Assembly: GCA_003542615.1 (NCBI GenBank)
Contig: DPKG01000014.1
Location: forward strand, 8,521-72,520
DNA: 64,000 bases
Reading direction: 5' to 3'
From: Candidatus Shapirobacteria bacterium
GTDB taxonomy: Bacteria; Patescibacteriota; Microgenomatia; UBA12405
Part shown: one piece after another, positions 9,061-18,492 of the stretch
How the letters are laid out: every line of letters starts with the position of its first letter
Position numbering within the stretch: position 1 is the first letter of the stretch
Made by a program: the position numbers and the translations under genes
Notes under the pieces: model-generated
Told to the model about the DNA's origin: nothing
The model's database searches: none
The model's input: only the letters and a program-made list of their open reading frames with translations

Positions 9061-9092
9061 GGATAGAAAAGTTCCAAACTCATCTACTCCGC
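9054..9092. repeat. conserved ~40-nt motif, copy 2
   Basis: GATATAAGGATAGAAAAGTTCCAAACTCATCTACTCCGC; overlaps the stop codon of the 8389-9060 gene. Confidence 0.6.
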
Positions 9093-9123
9093 AATAATTT
9101 ATAAAATAAATATAAAAGTATAT

Positions 9124-10407
9124 ATGCAGAAGAAAAAGGGTAATTTCATTATTATGGTATTGGTAATTTTAACTTTGAGTTTGTATTTATTGTCGAAAGC
9201 TGATTTGAAAATATTGTGGAGATATCCCTGGTTGAGCGTAAGTCAGATGATGTCTTTGGTGGGAGTGGTGTTGCTGTCTTTTACTTTTGTATTGGGGAGT
9301 AGGTCGAAGTTTTTGGAAAATTGGTTTGGAGGTTTGGATGAGGTAAATAAAAAACACCAGAGACTTGGTAAAATTTCATATTTTTTATTGTTACTTCATC
9401 CATTATTGCTGGCAGTAAACGTATTACCAAATGTTAAGGCGGCAACTAATTTTTTATATTTATCCCAAAATAACGTATATAACTTTGGAGTATTGGCTTT
9501 ATATTTGATGACAGCAGTGTTGTTTTTGACATTGGTGACAAATTTGCCTTATCACATCTGGATAGTGAGTCATGATTTTATGGGTTTGGTGCTACTTTTG
9601 GGAATTTTTCATGTGTTTTTGGTTGAAAGTGATGTGTCTCATTATTTACCTTTAAGGGGGTGGATACTTTTTATGTTGGGAACGGGGTTTTATTTTTATA
9701 TTTATAAAGTATTTTTATATAAATGGTTGGGGCCAAAACATGAATATTTGGTTAAAAGAGTAAAAAAAATCGGGGATATTTTGGAGATATATTTGGAGGC
9801 AAAATCAAAACCGATAGCTTTTTTCCCCGGTCAATTTGTCTATTTGAGTTTTGATGATCCGGAATTAAGAGAGGCGCATCCTTTTACTTTTTCTTCGTCG
9901 CCTGATAATAAAATCGTGCGTTTTTCCGTGAAAATATTGGGTGATTATACTTCGAAATTGAAAAAATTGGTGCCGGGAACAAAAGCAGTAATTTGGGGAG
10001 CGCATGGAAGGATGTATCAGGGGTTTTATGCAAATAAGGAGGTGGTGTGTATTGCCGGAGGAATAGGGATTACACCATTTTTGAGTTTGTTGGAATACGA
10101 AATAAACCATCCAAAAAAGAGAAAGATTGATTTGTTTTATAGTGTAAAATCAAAAAACGAGGCGGTATATGACCGGGAATTAGAGGAATGGGAAAATAGA
10201 TTGGAGAGATTTATTTATCATCCAAATTTTGGTGATTCAAAACCAAGATTAACTATGGCAAAAATTAAAAAGACTATCGGATCGGTAGAAAATAAACGGT
10301 TTTACCTGTGCGGTCCGACATCAATGATGAAGAGTATGATAAAACAATTAAAAAATATTGGGGTAAAGAATAATTCGATAATATTTGAGGATTTCAATTT
10401 TAAATAA
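9124..10407 (+). CDS. NOX/ferric-reductase family flavocytochrome (bacterial NADPH-oxidase homolog)
   Basis: N-terminal polytopic TM domain with conserved His-containing helices, FAD-binding 'HPFTFSSSP', NAD(P)-binding 'CIAGGIGITPFLSLL'. 427 aa, typical size for bacterial NOX. Confidence 0.7.
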   Translation: MQKKKGNFIIMVLVILTLSLYLLSKADLKILWRYPWLSVSQMMSLVGVVLLSFTFVLGSRSKFLENWFGGLDEVNKKHQRLGKISYFLLLLHPLLLAVNVLPNVKAATNFLYLSQNNVYNFGVLALYLMTAVLFLTLVTNLPYHIWIVSHDFMGLVLLLGIFHVFLVESDVSHYLPLRGWILFMLGTGFYFYIYKVFLYKWLGPKHEYLVKRVKKIGDILEIYLEAKSKPIAFFPGQFVYLSFDDPELREAHPFTFSSSPDNKIVRFSVKILGDYTSKLKKLVPGTKAVIWGAHGRMYQGFYANKEVVCIAGGIGITPFLSLLEYEINHPKKRKIDLFYSVKSKNEAVYDRELEEWENRLERFIYHPNFGDSKPRLTMAKIKKTIGSVENKRFYLCGPTSMMKSMIKQLKNIGVKNNSIIFEDFNFK

Positions 10408-10447
10408 TTAGCAGTAGTTGACATAGACTGCTAATAATACTAAAATA

Positions 10448-13048
10448 ATGAGTATGCAGCAACCTCAGTTTACCCAACTGGCCAGTGAAACTATTCAGAG
10501 GGCAATAGATTTGGCCAGCAAAAACAAAAATCCAAGTACGGAGGAAATTCATCTATTGAAGGCTTTGGCGGATATAGACGGAGTTTCCCGGGAAATTATT
10601 AAAAAAATCAGTGATAGCGTAGAAAATGTGGAAAAAGATTTGGAAGCAAGAATAGACCAATTACCGATAGTCGAGGGCAGTAACGAAAGCGTGTCGATAT
10701 CGGTCCAATTGCAGAGGATTATGCAAAAAGTAGTGGAAGAAAGTCAGAAGTTGGGTGATTCGTATATTTCGCAGGAAATGCTGTTGTGGAGTCTGGCAGA
10801 AAACGGAAGTGATGAAATAAAAAATATTTTAAAACAAAATAAATTGGAGAGTTCCATTATTAAAAAAGAAATATTAGAATTAAGAGGAGGTAAAAAAGTG
10901 GATTCGGAAAGTAAAGAAAATACCTATAAATCGCTGGATAAATATACAACCGACCTGACAGCGTTGGCTGAGATGGGTAAATTGGATCCGGTAATTGGCA
11001 GGGAAGAGGAAATCAGAAGGGTAATGCAGGTATTGTCGAGAAGAACGAAAAATAATCCGGTTTTGGTGGGAGATCCGGGGGTAGGAAAAACAGCAATTGC
11101 GGAAGGATTGGCCAACAGAATAATGAGCGGAGATGTACCGGAATCATTAAAGAATAAAAAACTATTATCTTTGGAAATATCGTCACTTTTGGCAGGAGCC
11201 AAATTTAGGGGAGAGTTTGAAGAAAGGTTAAAGACAGTGATTGATGAAGTAGTAAAGGCGGAAGGTAAGGTAATTTTGTTTATTGATGAACTGCATACTA
11301 TTGTGGGAGCCGGCGGAGCGGAAGGATCGGTGGATGCCAGCAATATGCTTAAACCCGGGTTGGCCAGAGGAACACTGAGAGTGATTGGAGCAACAACTAT
11401 GGGTGAATACCGAAAATATGTGGAAAAAGATCCGGCTTTGGAAAGAAGATTTCAACCAATAATGGTAGATGAGCCAAGTGTAGATAGCACAATTTCAATA
11501 TTGAGAGGCTTGAAGGAAAAATATGAGGTACATCATGGGATAAAAATTACTGATACGGCATTGGTGGCAGCGGCAAAATTATCGAATAGATATATAAGAG
11601 ATCGGTATTTACCCGATAAAGCCATCGATTTGGTCGATGAAGCGGCTTCGGGATTACGGATACAGATGGAATCCAGTCCTTCCGAAATTGATATTTTGGA
11701 AAGAAAAACCAGACAATTGGAAATAGAGGAAAAGGCTTTGAAGAAAGAAGGGACTGCGGCAACTAAAGACAGATTGAAGGAAGTTGAGGCAGAACTAGCT
11801 TTTCAAAAGGAAAAATTGAAAGGAGAAAAAAGTAAGTGGCAAAAACAAAAAAAGTTGTTAAATAATGTTCAGGAATTTAGAAGTGAGGTAGACAAACTAA
11901 AACTGGAGTTAGAAAAGGTGGAAAGAGAGGTAAAACTGGATAGGGCGGCGGAAATAAAATACGGAAAGTTACCGGAAGTGATGAAAAAACTGGAAGAGGC
12001 GGAAAAAGTGTGGAATGAAATCCCTGAGGATGAAAAATTGGTCAGACAGGAGGTAGGCGAAAGCGATATCGCGGCGGTGGTGTCAAAATGGACAGGGATA
12101 CCGGTCAATAGATTGCTAAAAGCTGAGACAGCAAAATTAAAAACCTTGGAGGAATTTATCGGCAGAAGAGTTATCGGACAGGATGAAGTAGTTAGGGCAG
12201 TAGCAAACGCGATTAGAAGGTCAAGACTGCATTTGAGTGAAACTGGCAGACCAGTAGCGGTATTTATGTTTTTGGGACCGACAGGTGTGGGTAAAACTGA
12301 AACGGCTAAGGCCTTGGCGGAACAGCTTTTTAGTGATGAAAAGGCGATGATAAGAATTGATATGTCGGAATATACGGAAGCCCATACTGTGGCCAGATTG
12401 ATAGGATCGCCCCCGGGATATGTTGGTTATGATGAAGGAGGGCAATTGACCGAATCGGTAAGAAGAAAACCATATTCGGTGATTCTTTTGGATGAAATTG
12501 AAAAAGCTCATCCGCAAATATTTGGGGTGTTTTTACAGGTATTTGATGAAGGAAGATTGACCGATGGTAAGGGCAGAACGGTGGATTTTACCAATACGGT
12601 AATAATTATGACTTCGAATATCGGCGCAGAAATTATCCAATTATATGCGGGTGATAAGAAAAAAGAATCCAAAAAAATGGAAACGGAAGTATTTGATTTG
12701 GTCAGATCAACCTTTAAGCCGGAGTTTTTGAACAGAATTGATCAAATAATTTTGTTTGAATCATTAAGTAAGGAGCAGTTGGAAAAAATTGTGGATAATC
12801 AGCTTCAAAGAGTGATTGAAAGATTAAAGGAACAAGAAGTTATTTTGACAGTAACGGAAAAAGCGAAGAAGTATTTGGCGGAAAAAGGTTTTGATCCAAT
12901 TTTTGGAGCCAGACCATTGCAAAGATTGATACAGAGTGAAGTATTAGATAAAATCGCGATGTTGTTGTTGGATAAAGAAGAGACTGAGGAGGCAGCAATT
13001 ATTGTGGATTTACGGGGAAATGAGTTGGTGGCGAGTTTGATGAACTAG
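10448..13048 (+). CDS. clpB: ATP-dependent chaperone ClpB
   Basis: 866 aa: Clp N-domain; NBD1 Walker A 'GDPGVGKTAIAEG'; long coiled-coil middle domain; NBD2 'GPTGVGKTETAKALA'; sensor-2 region. Confidence 0.95.
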   Translation: MSMQQPQFTQLASETIQRAIDLASKNKNPSTEEIHLLKALADIDGVSREIIKKISDSVENVEKDLEARIDQLPIVEGSNESVSISVQLQRIMQKVVEESQKLGDSYISQEMLLWSLAENGSDEIKNILKQNKLESSIIKKEILELRGGKKVDSESKENTYKSLDKYTTDLTALAEMGKLDPVIGREEEIRRVMQVLSRRTKNNPVLVGDPGVGKTAIAEGLANRIMSGDVPESLKNKKLLSLEISSLLAGAKFRGEFEERLKTVIDEVVKAEGKVILFIDELHTIVGAGGAEGSVDASNMLKPGLARGTLRVIGATTMGEYRKYVEKDPALERRFQPIMVDEPSVDSTISILRGLKEKYEVHHGIKITDTALVAAAKLSNRYIRDRYLPDKAIDLVDEAASGLRIQMESSPSEIDILERKTRQLEIEEKALKKEGTAATKDRLKEVEAELAFQKEKLKGEKSKWQKQKKLLNNVQEFRSEVDKLKLELEKVEREVKLDRAAEIKYGKLPEVMKKLEEAEKVWNEIPEDEKLVRQEVGESDIAAVVSKWTGIPVNRLLKAETAKLKTLEEFIGRRVIGQDEVVRAVANAIRRSRLHLSETGRPVAVFMFLGPTGVGKTETAKALAEQLFSDEKAMIRIDMSEYTEAHTVARLIGSPPGYVGYDEGGQLTESVRRKPYSVILLDEIEKAHPQIFGVFLQVFDEGRLTDGKGRTVDFTNTVIIMTSNIGAEIIQLYAGDKKKESKKMETEVFDLVRSTFKPEFLNRIDQIILFESLSKEQLEKIVDNQLQRVIERLKEQEVILTVTEKAKKYLAEKGFDPIFGARPLQRLIQSEVLDKIAMLLLDKEETEEAAIIVDLRGNELVASLMN

Positions 13049-13099
13049 GGTTTTGTAGGGAACTTATGTTGATATTTTAAGGTAAAATAGAGCAATCCT

Positions 13100-13171
13100 G
13101 TGCCCGTAGTTAAATGGATAGAATTCTCCCCTCCGAAGGGAGTGATGTGGGTTCAAGTCCCACCGGGCATA
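13100..13171 (+). tRNA. tRNA-Arg (anticodon CCG)
   Basis: Acceptor GTGCCCG/CGGGCAT, anticodon stem CTCCC/GGGAG with loop CTCCGAA, T-arm GTGGGTTCAAGTCCCAC. Confidence 0.8.
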
Positions 13172-13209
13172 CTTTTTTCAGTTTTGTTTTAAAATTTAAA
13201 ATAAAAATT

Positions 13210-14226
13210 ATGGGAAGTAATAAAAGTGCAGCAATAAATACAGGAGAAGATTTTAAAAAAGTAAAGGATTTGAGAGGACGGGAGAAAAATATTATTGACG
13301 ATATTTACAGGGAAACAGGATTTGAGATTGGTGAATTGATATGGAGTTCGGATTATTTTGGATCCGGGGTAGTTGGGGCTGTGACTTATAGGGGAAAATA
13401 TAAGAATAAAAAAGCAGTACTAAAAATCCAAGGAGCAAAGCCGGCAATATCGGAGGTGGAGATGATTGAAAGTTTCGAAAAACAGAATAAAAGCAAATTA
13501 ATTAGGACACCGAAAATATTTTGGCGAAAAAAGTGGAATGACAAAAGTCAATATGAGGCCATAATTATGGAGGAAATATGGGGGAACAAAATTGTAGAGG
13601 AAGGAAAGATAAGCGGAAAAGAAAATATAAAAGAATTTTTTGATATTTATCGTGAGTATAGGGATAAATGTATAAGAAAACCGTGGTTGGGAAAAGAGAA
13701 AAACAAAGAAAAGATTGGAGAGATGATAGAAAAAGCTTGGCAGTTAAGTTTGAAGATAAAACCGGAATCCCCTTTTCGTAGAGGTAGTAATAAAGAATTG
13801 GCATCTACAGCGGCAAGTTTGCTGGAAAAAACTTGGGGAGAGACAGAAAAAGAATTTGTGCACGGTCATTTGTCGGTGAATGATATAAAAAAGCAAGGAA
13901 GTGAGGTAATTATTTTTTCGAATTTGTTTTGGAAGTGGAAATATCCTTTTTATGATGCGGTATTTGGCTATCATTGGCAAATTTATTCTCTACATAAAAT
14001 TGCAGGGATTGGTCCGGAATTAATTGAAGAACAAAGAAATTTGTGGCTGGAAGAAATTTATAAGTTGGGAGATAGAAAATTAATCGGTGCGGCCTTGCTG
14101 GAAAGAGCAATAGCCGGTTTATTGCTGGATAGTTTTGCCTATATTGACAGTAATAATCCGGTGGCAGGATATTTGGTGGAGGCGACTAGAGCTGAAGTTA
14201 AAAGATTGATTAAAGAATTAGAGTAA
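13210..14226 (+). CDS. hypothetical protein, possibly kinase-like fold
   Basis: The track ORF 13114-14226 starts inside the tRNA; internal Met 'MGSNKS' at 13210 is used. 'FVHGHLSVNDI' weakly resembles an APH/protein-kinase catalytic loop. Unverified. Confidence 0.35.
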   Translation: MGSNKSAAINTGEDFKKVKDLRGREKNIIDDIYRETGFEIGELIWSSDYFGSGVVGAVTYRGKYKNKKAVLKIQGAKPAISEVEMIESFEKQNKSKLIRTPKIFWRKKWNDKSQYEAIIMEEIWGNKIVEEGKISGKENIKEFFDIYREYRDKCIRKPWLGKEKNKEKIGEMIEKAWQLSLKIKPESPFRRGSNKELASTAASLLEKTWGETEKEFVHGHLSVNDIKKQGSEVIIFSNLFWKWKYPFYDAVFGYHWQIYSLHKIAGIGPELIEEQRNLWLEEIYKLGDRKLIGAALLERAIAGLLLDSFAYIDSNNPVAGYLVEATRAEVKRLIKELE

Positions 14227-14233
14227 AAAATTG

Positions 14234-14827
14234 TTATTCTGTGGGAGCAAACTGTTTTAGCATTTCCTGATAATTTGGTGTTTCTTGGGAAAGATCAATA
14301 AAATTGATACCGGAAGGCGGCAGGAAATCGGAGTCTGAAACAGTGACCGGAGTACAGTTGTAATTATATTTCTGCTCAAAATCAAGCTTGGGGGTATCGG
14401 TATCGGGTGATGATTGATCATCTTCTACATCCGGACTTTCTTGAGATTGAGTCTTGGCAAGACTCATTTTAAAACCAGTATCGGGAACCTGGTCGTTCCA
14501 GGTATAGACTAATTCGCCGTCACTGACAGAGCGGAATACCATGGATTCTTCCGAGGTTTTAGAGTTTACAGTTTGGGAGAATTTTTGGCCGTCGATTAAC
14601 ATTTCACCTGAAGTACTATTCCCCTGTTCATCGGTATAACTCCAGGTACATTTTTGGGCTGATCCGAGACCCATAAGGTCTTTGAGAGATCGGGCAACTG
14701 ATTCTGATTGGGAGGGAGTTTGGTTTTGACTGGTGGTATCAGAATTATCGGGTTGAGCGGTCGGATTTAGGCTACAGGCAGATAAAAGTAAGGTGGCAGA
14801 AAGAAGGGTGAGGATTTGTTTTTTCAT
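14234..14827 (-). CDS. lipoprotein, hypothetical
   Basis: Signal peptide with lipobox 'LLLSAC', then a Ser/Thr/Gln-rich low-complexity linker. Confidence 0.5.
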   Translation of the reverse strand: MKKQILTLLSATLLLSACSLNPTAQPDNSDTTSQNQTPSQSESVARSLKDLMGLGSAQKCTWSYTDEQGNSTSGEMLIDGQKFSQTVNSKTSEESMVFRSVSDGELVYTWNDQVPDTGFKMSLAKTQSQESPDVEDDQSSPDTDTPKLDFEQKYNYNCTPVTVSDSDFLPPSGINFIDLSQETPNYQEMLKQFAPTE

Positions 14828-14915
14828 TGAGTGAGTAAGATTTATAACTATAATAGTTTAACATTTTTGGAAAACCAATAAAAAGAGAGCGGATTTTAAA
14901 GGTATAATATGTAAG

Positions 14916-15398
14916 ATGACAAGAGGAACAAAAATTAGTGAAGAATTATATTACGACGAGAGATCGGCGGGAGGTTTGGTGTTTCGTAGAGACGAAGGTA
15001 AGATTAAATGGATGGTGATTCAAACTATGAGCCGAAAGAATCCTAAAAAAACTTTTTTTAAATTCCCAAAAGGTCACCTGAAAGAAAGAGAATTTTTAAA
15101 ACAGGCGGCGCTAAGAGAAGTGGAAGAAGAGGCAAAAATAAAGGCAAGAATTATGGCTAAATTGGGATCGTGGAATTATGTGATGTGGGACAAATTGACC
15201 AAGAAAAAAACGATTAAGAAAGTAACGTTTTTTTTGATGGAATATAGGGAGGAAAGTAACTTGAAATATTTTGATCAAGAGAGAGTGGTGGGAAGAGGGT
15301 GGTTTGATTTTGAAGAAGCCTTGGGAAAACTGGCTTATGACTCGGAAAAGATACTTTTGAAAAAGGCTAAAAATAAACTAGAATCGATGGTAAAATAA
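14916..15398 (+). CDS. NUDIX hydrolase
   Basis: Nudix box 'KGHLKEREFLKQAALREVEEEAKI' (GX5EX7REUXEEXGU pattern). Confidence 0.75.
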   Translation: MTRGTKISEELYYDERSAGGLVFRRDEGKIKWMVIQTMSRKNPKKTFFKFPKGHLKEREFLKQAALREVEEEAKIKARIMAKLGSWNYVMWDKLTKKKTIKKVTFFLMEYREESNLKYFDQERVVGRGWFDFEEALGKLAYDSEKILLKKAKNKLESMVK

Positions 15399-15405
15399 GA
15401 CACTT

Positions 15406-15492
15406 AGGAGGGGTCGGATAGTGGTTCATTCCACACGCTTGGAAAGCGTGCGCTGTAAAAAGCTCGCGGGTTCGAATCCCGCCCCCTCCGCC
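15406..15492 (+). tRNA. tRNA-Ser (anticodon GGA), CCA encoded
   Basis: Acceptor GGAGGGG/CCCCTCC, anticodon loop CTTGGAA, long variable arm, T-arm GCGGGTTCGAATCCCGC, 3' GCCA. Confidence 0.8.
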
Positions 15493-16131
15493 ATGCCAAA
15501 TAAAGATGTCTGGGAAATTACAAGTGCAATAATTCTTTCCTTTGGTGGCTCCAGCGTAATCTTGATTGGGTTAAGCACTTGGTTGGGTAAAGTGTGGGCA
15601 AACAGATTACTCGAAAAAGACAGGCTCAAATACAATTCTGAACTTGAAACAACAAAGGCAAAATATGAAAAACAGTTGGAAACATACAAACTCCAGCTTG
15701 AGAAATCCAAATCTTTGTTCTTTAGGTATTCTGAACATCAGTTCACCCTCTATAACGAATTATGGAGGCTTCTTTATAAGTTGAAGTTATTAGTAAATGA
15801 ATTGTGGGACCAGGCAAATTTTAAAAATTTAAGAGCATTTGCTCTTCACTTTGAAAAGACTATCGACTCTGTTGAAAAGCACAGCTTACTAATTGAGGAT
15901 AAACATCACGATAAGTTAAATGCAATTTTTAACACTCTCAACAAATTTAAAGTCAATAAAGAAACTATTGTTAAACTAAAAGATATAAAGGAAGAGGATA
16001 TCAAGCCAGACCACAATTCAGACACTATTCCTCGTTATGTTGCACAAAATAATGAATCAAAAAAACAGTTTGAAGCTCTACTTAAAATACTCGAGAGAGA
16101 TTTTAAGAAGCAAATTCGAGTGACTGGGTAG
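15493..16131 (+). CDS. hypothetical membrane-anchored coiled-coil protein directly abutting tRNA-Ser(GGA)
   Basis: The track ORF 15421-16131 has a false N-terminus covering the tRNA. The ATG overlaps the encoded CCA end of the tRNA (start within ~1 nt of 15492). N-terminal TM helix then a Lys/Glu-rich helical region. Confidence 0.45.
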   Translation: MPNKDVWEITSAIILSFGGSSVILIGLSTWLGKVWANRLLEKDRLKYNSELETTKAKYEKQLETYKLQLEKSKSLFFRYSEHQFTLYNELWRLLYKLKLLVNELWDQANFKNLRAFALHFEKTIDSVEKHSLLIEDKHHDKLNAIFNTLNKFKVNKETIVKLKDIKEEDIKPDHNSDTIPRYVAQNNESKKQFEALLKILERDFKKQIRVTG

Positions 16132-16170
16132 TTATAAGGGTAGAAAGGATCCAGACCCACCTACCCCGCC
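16131..16170. repeat. conserved ~40-nt motif, copy 3
   Basis: GTTATAAGGGTAGAAAGGATCCAGACCCACCTACCCCGCC; contains the inverted repeat GGGTAG...CTACCC; overlaps the stop codon of the preceding gene. Confidence 0.6.
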
Positions 16171-16196
16171 CGTGTAGTAACAATATATAATCAGAT

Positions 16197-16709
16197 ATGG
16201 TGGAAACCCATCCTTTTGGAAATTTTGTCCCAGACAATTGTAAATATTTATTTTTAGGAACTTTTACCGGAAAAATAACTGACCCTTCATATGACTGGTT
16301 TTTTGGAACCAAAAGAAATCAATTTTGGCCAATGTTAGAGAGTGTTTTTGGGGTTGACCTAAAAACAAAAATCAATAAACAAGAACTATTTTCTAAGTTA
16401 CAGATGGCGATAGCTGACATTATTCTCCAATGCGAACGAAGTGAGAACTCAAATGCTGACAATAACTTAATTAATATTGTTTACAACACTAATGCAATTG
16501 GAAAAATAATTGAGAAAAATAAAATTAATGCGATTTTCTTTTCCAGTCGAATGGCAGAGAAATTATTCAAGAGAAATTTCAAAGAATTAACATCAAAATA
16601 TCCCGAAATTAATTTAGTGACATTACCTTCACCCTCTCCTAGATATGCAACAATAACAAAACTAGAGAAAATTATTCGTTACAAAGAATTATTGCCGAAG
16701 TTGAGTTAA
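16197..16709 (+). CDS. Mug/TDG-like DNA glycosylase (UDG superfamily), divergent
   Basis: 'FGTKRNQFWPML' aligns with E. coli Mug 'FAHPANRFWKVI' and 'VTLPSPSP' with Mug 'VLPNPSG'. The catalytic GINPG position reads 'GTFTG'. Confidence 0.5.
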   Translation: MVETHPFGNFVPDNCKYLFLGTFTGKITDPSYDWFFGTKRNQFWPMLESVFGVDLKTKINKQELFSKLQMAIADIILQCERSENSNADNNLINIVYNTNAIGKIIEKNKINAIFFSSRMAEKLFKRNFKELTSKYPEINLVTLPSPSPRYATITKLEKIIRYKELLPKLS

Positions 16710-16818
16710 TAAAATAGGTTTTAACTGCGTATTTCGACAAGCTCAATATAAATTAATGGTTCACCGGTAGTTGATACTTAGTAATTTGTGACTACTTCCA
16801 ATAAAACCTTATATCCGA

Positions 16819-17307
16819 CTAAAAAAGTGAACCGATCAGAAGACCTATCAGGACAGTTATTCCTCCAACAATTAACATTTCAATGGATCCATGGTTTGAT
16901 TTTTTAATAAAAAGCTTATCTTTTAAGTATCCCAGGATGAATAATCCAGCAAAAGAACTAATAACCGATAGTACCGGAGTCCAGGTTGAGAAAGAAAACA
17001 AAAAAGGAATAACAGGGATGATACCGCCAATTATGTATGATAAAAACATTAGGATGCTACCAATAAAAAGGTCGTCTTGATGGTTACTTTTGGGAAGGTC
17101 GTGGACAGATTTTTCGCTTAGGTATTGACCGGCGGCCATAGAAAGAGCTTCGATAATTATGGTTACTGCTGCTGTTAATAAGATGTAATTACGATTGTTT
17201 ACGGCAGCACTAATACCAACTACAATGCCGGTTGTAGATACCAGTGCATCTTGAAATCCAAAAACAATACTTCGGACATAATCTTGATTGATTGATTTGG
17301 TAAACAT
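16819..17307 (-). CDS. VIT1/CCC1 family membrane protein (iron/manganese transporter-like), short form
   Basis: 'GFQDALVSTTGIVVGISAA' matches the VIT family signature; 162 aa membrane core only. Confidence 0.55.
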   Translation of the reverse strand: MFTKSINQDYVRSIVFGFQDALVSTTGIVVGISAAVNNRNYILLTAAVTIIIEALSMAAGQYLSEKSVHDLPKSNHQDDLFIGSILMFLSYIIGGIIPVIPFLFSFSTWTPVLSVISSFAGLFILGYLKDKLFIKKSNHGSIEMLIVGGITVLIGLLIGSLF

Positions 17308-17370
17308 AGTTAATATTAACAGCGAATGTAAAATTTAAAATAATATTTTTTGAAAAAGTTGTTTTACTAA

Positions 17371-18456
17371 TTATTTACGGTATTGGTGTGAGGCGATAAA
17401 GGTGGTTACGGGGACGGCTAAAATTAATCCGATACTACCAATTAAAGTCCGGACAATTTCTTCGGCAATCATTTCATAATTTATAATTTGACCAAAGGGA
17501 TGGGGATTGTTGATAAATATAAGAAGTAAAGGAAGAGAGGCTCCGGCATAAGCCAAAACCAAGGTGTTGACCATGGAAGTAATATGATCTTTACCGATTA
17601 CCATTGAACGGGAGTAGAGATCTTTGGGTTTGGTCAATTTGGCGGTAGTAGCCAGTTCGTCAACTATGGCTGATTGCGAAATGGTTATATCATCGAGTAC
17701 GCCCAGGGCACCGACGACGATACCGGCTAGCAAAATTCCTTTCATGTTTAAAGAATCTTTGGCAAGAGATAACATTCCGGCTTCTTCGGATGATAAACCG
17801 GTTAAATAACTTAGTTTTATGAAAATTGAGCCAAGAATTACGGTAATTATTAAAGTTATGGTTGAGCCGATGATGGCGAGAGTGGTTTTTTTGTTGAAAC
17901 CGTGAGCTAAATAAAATGAGACAGGAATGATAATTAGGGAACCAAAAATGGCAATAAATACAGGATTATCGCCGGCTGAAATTCTGGGTAAGATAAACAA
18001 AAAAACAACAATAAAAGTGAATACCATACCTAAAATTGAAAAAAATCCTTTCCATTTGGCTACGACAATCAATAAAAATATAAAAATTGCTGAAAGCAAA
18101 ATTAAGCTATCTTTGCGAATAAAATCTATAATTACGTATTCACTTTTGCCGTCGGGAGAGGTGGCAAGATTTAGCAAAACACGGTCATTGACCGAATATT
18201 TGACAAGATTGGCGAGGGGTTGGTTGCCATTTTCAATAATTATTTTTTTATTGTCCTGAGTGGATAATTCCAATTCGAGTTTTTGATAAAGTTGATTTCT
18301 GCCCATTACTTCGATTTGATATTCTTCTTCGATTTTGACTACAGTAGCTTCAACGGATTGGGTGTTGTCTTCAATTGCATTGATTTGTCGGGGAAAAATA
18401 GTAAATGGTAAAAATAAGGTTAATAAAAAAAGGAAATTGAATTTATTAATTGGCAT
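17371..18456 (-). CDS. polytopic membrane protein with N-terminal extracellular domain (YibE/F-like?)
   Basis: Signal/anchor, ~110 aa extracellular domain, then about 8 TM helices including 'GVLDDITISQSAIVDEL'. Family uncertain. Confidence 0.35.
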   Translation of the reverse strand: MPINKFNFLFLLTLFLPFTIFPRQINAIEDNTQSVEATVVKIEEEYQIEVMGRNQLYQKLELELSTQDNKKIIIENGNQPLANLVKYSVNDRVLLNLATSPDGKSEYVIIDFIRKDSLILLSAIFIFLLIVVAKWKGFFSILGMVFTFIVVFLFILPRISAGDNPVFIAIFGSLIIIPVSFYLAHGFNKKTTLAIIGSTITLIITVILGSIFIKLSYLTGLSSEEAGMLSLAKDSLNMKGILLAGIVVGALGVLDDITISQSAIVDELATTAKLTKPKDLYSRSMVIGKDHITSMVNTLVLAYAGASLPLLLIFINNPHPFGQIINYEMIAEEIVRTLIGSIGLILAVPVTTFIASHQYRK

Positions 18457-18492
18457 ATATAATTTTACTTTAAATTAAGAAAGGCGGATTTT

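Noticed and set aside
10924-12517. Several minus-strand ORFs (139, 75, 71, 79, 98 aa) inside clpB
   Set aside because: They are antisense to a highly conserved gene, have low-complexity Ser/Pro-rich translations and no support. Spurious.
13114-13209. 5' part of track ORF 13114-14226
   Set aside because: It translates tRNA-Arg(CCG) and its T-rich trailer. The internal Met at 13210 is the plausible start.
15421-15491. 5' part of track ORF 15421-16131 (MVHSTRLESVRCKKLAGSNPAPSA)
   Set aside because: It translates tRNA-Ser(GGA). The real start overlaps the tRNA CCA end. Recomputing the frame by hand places the initial GTG one nt upstream (15420), not at the listed 15421, and I could not resolve that discrepancy.
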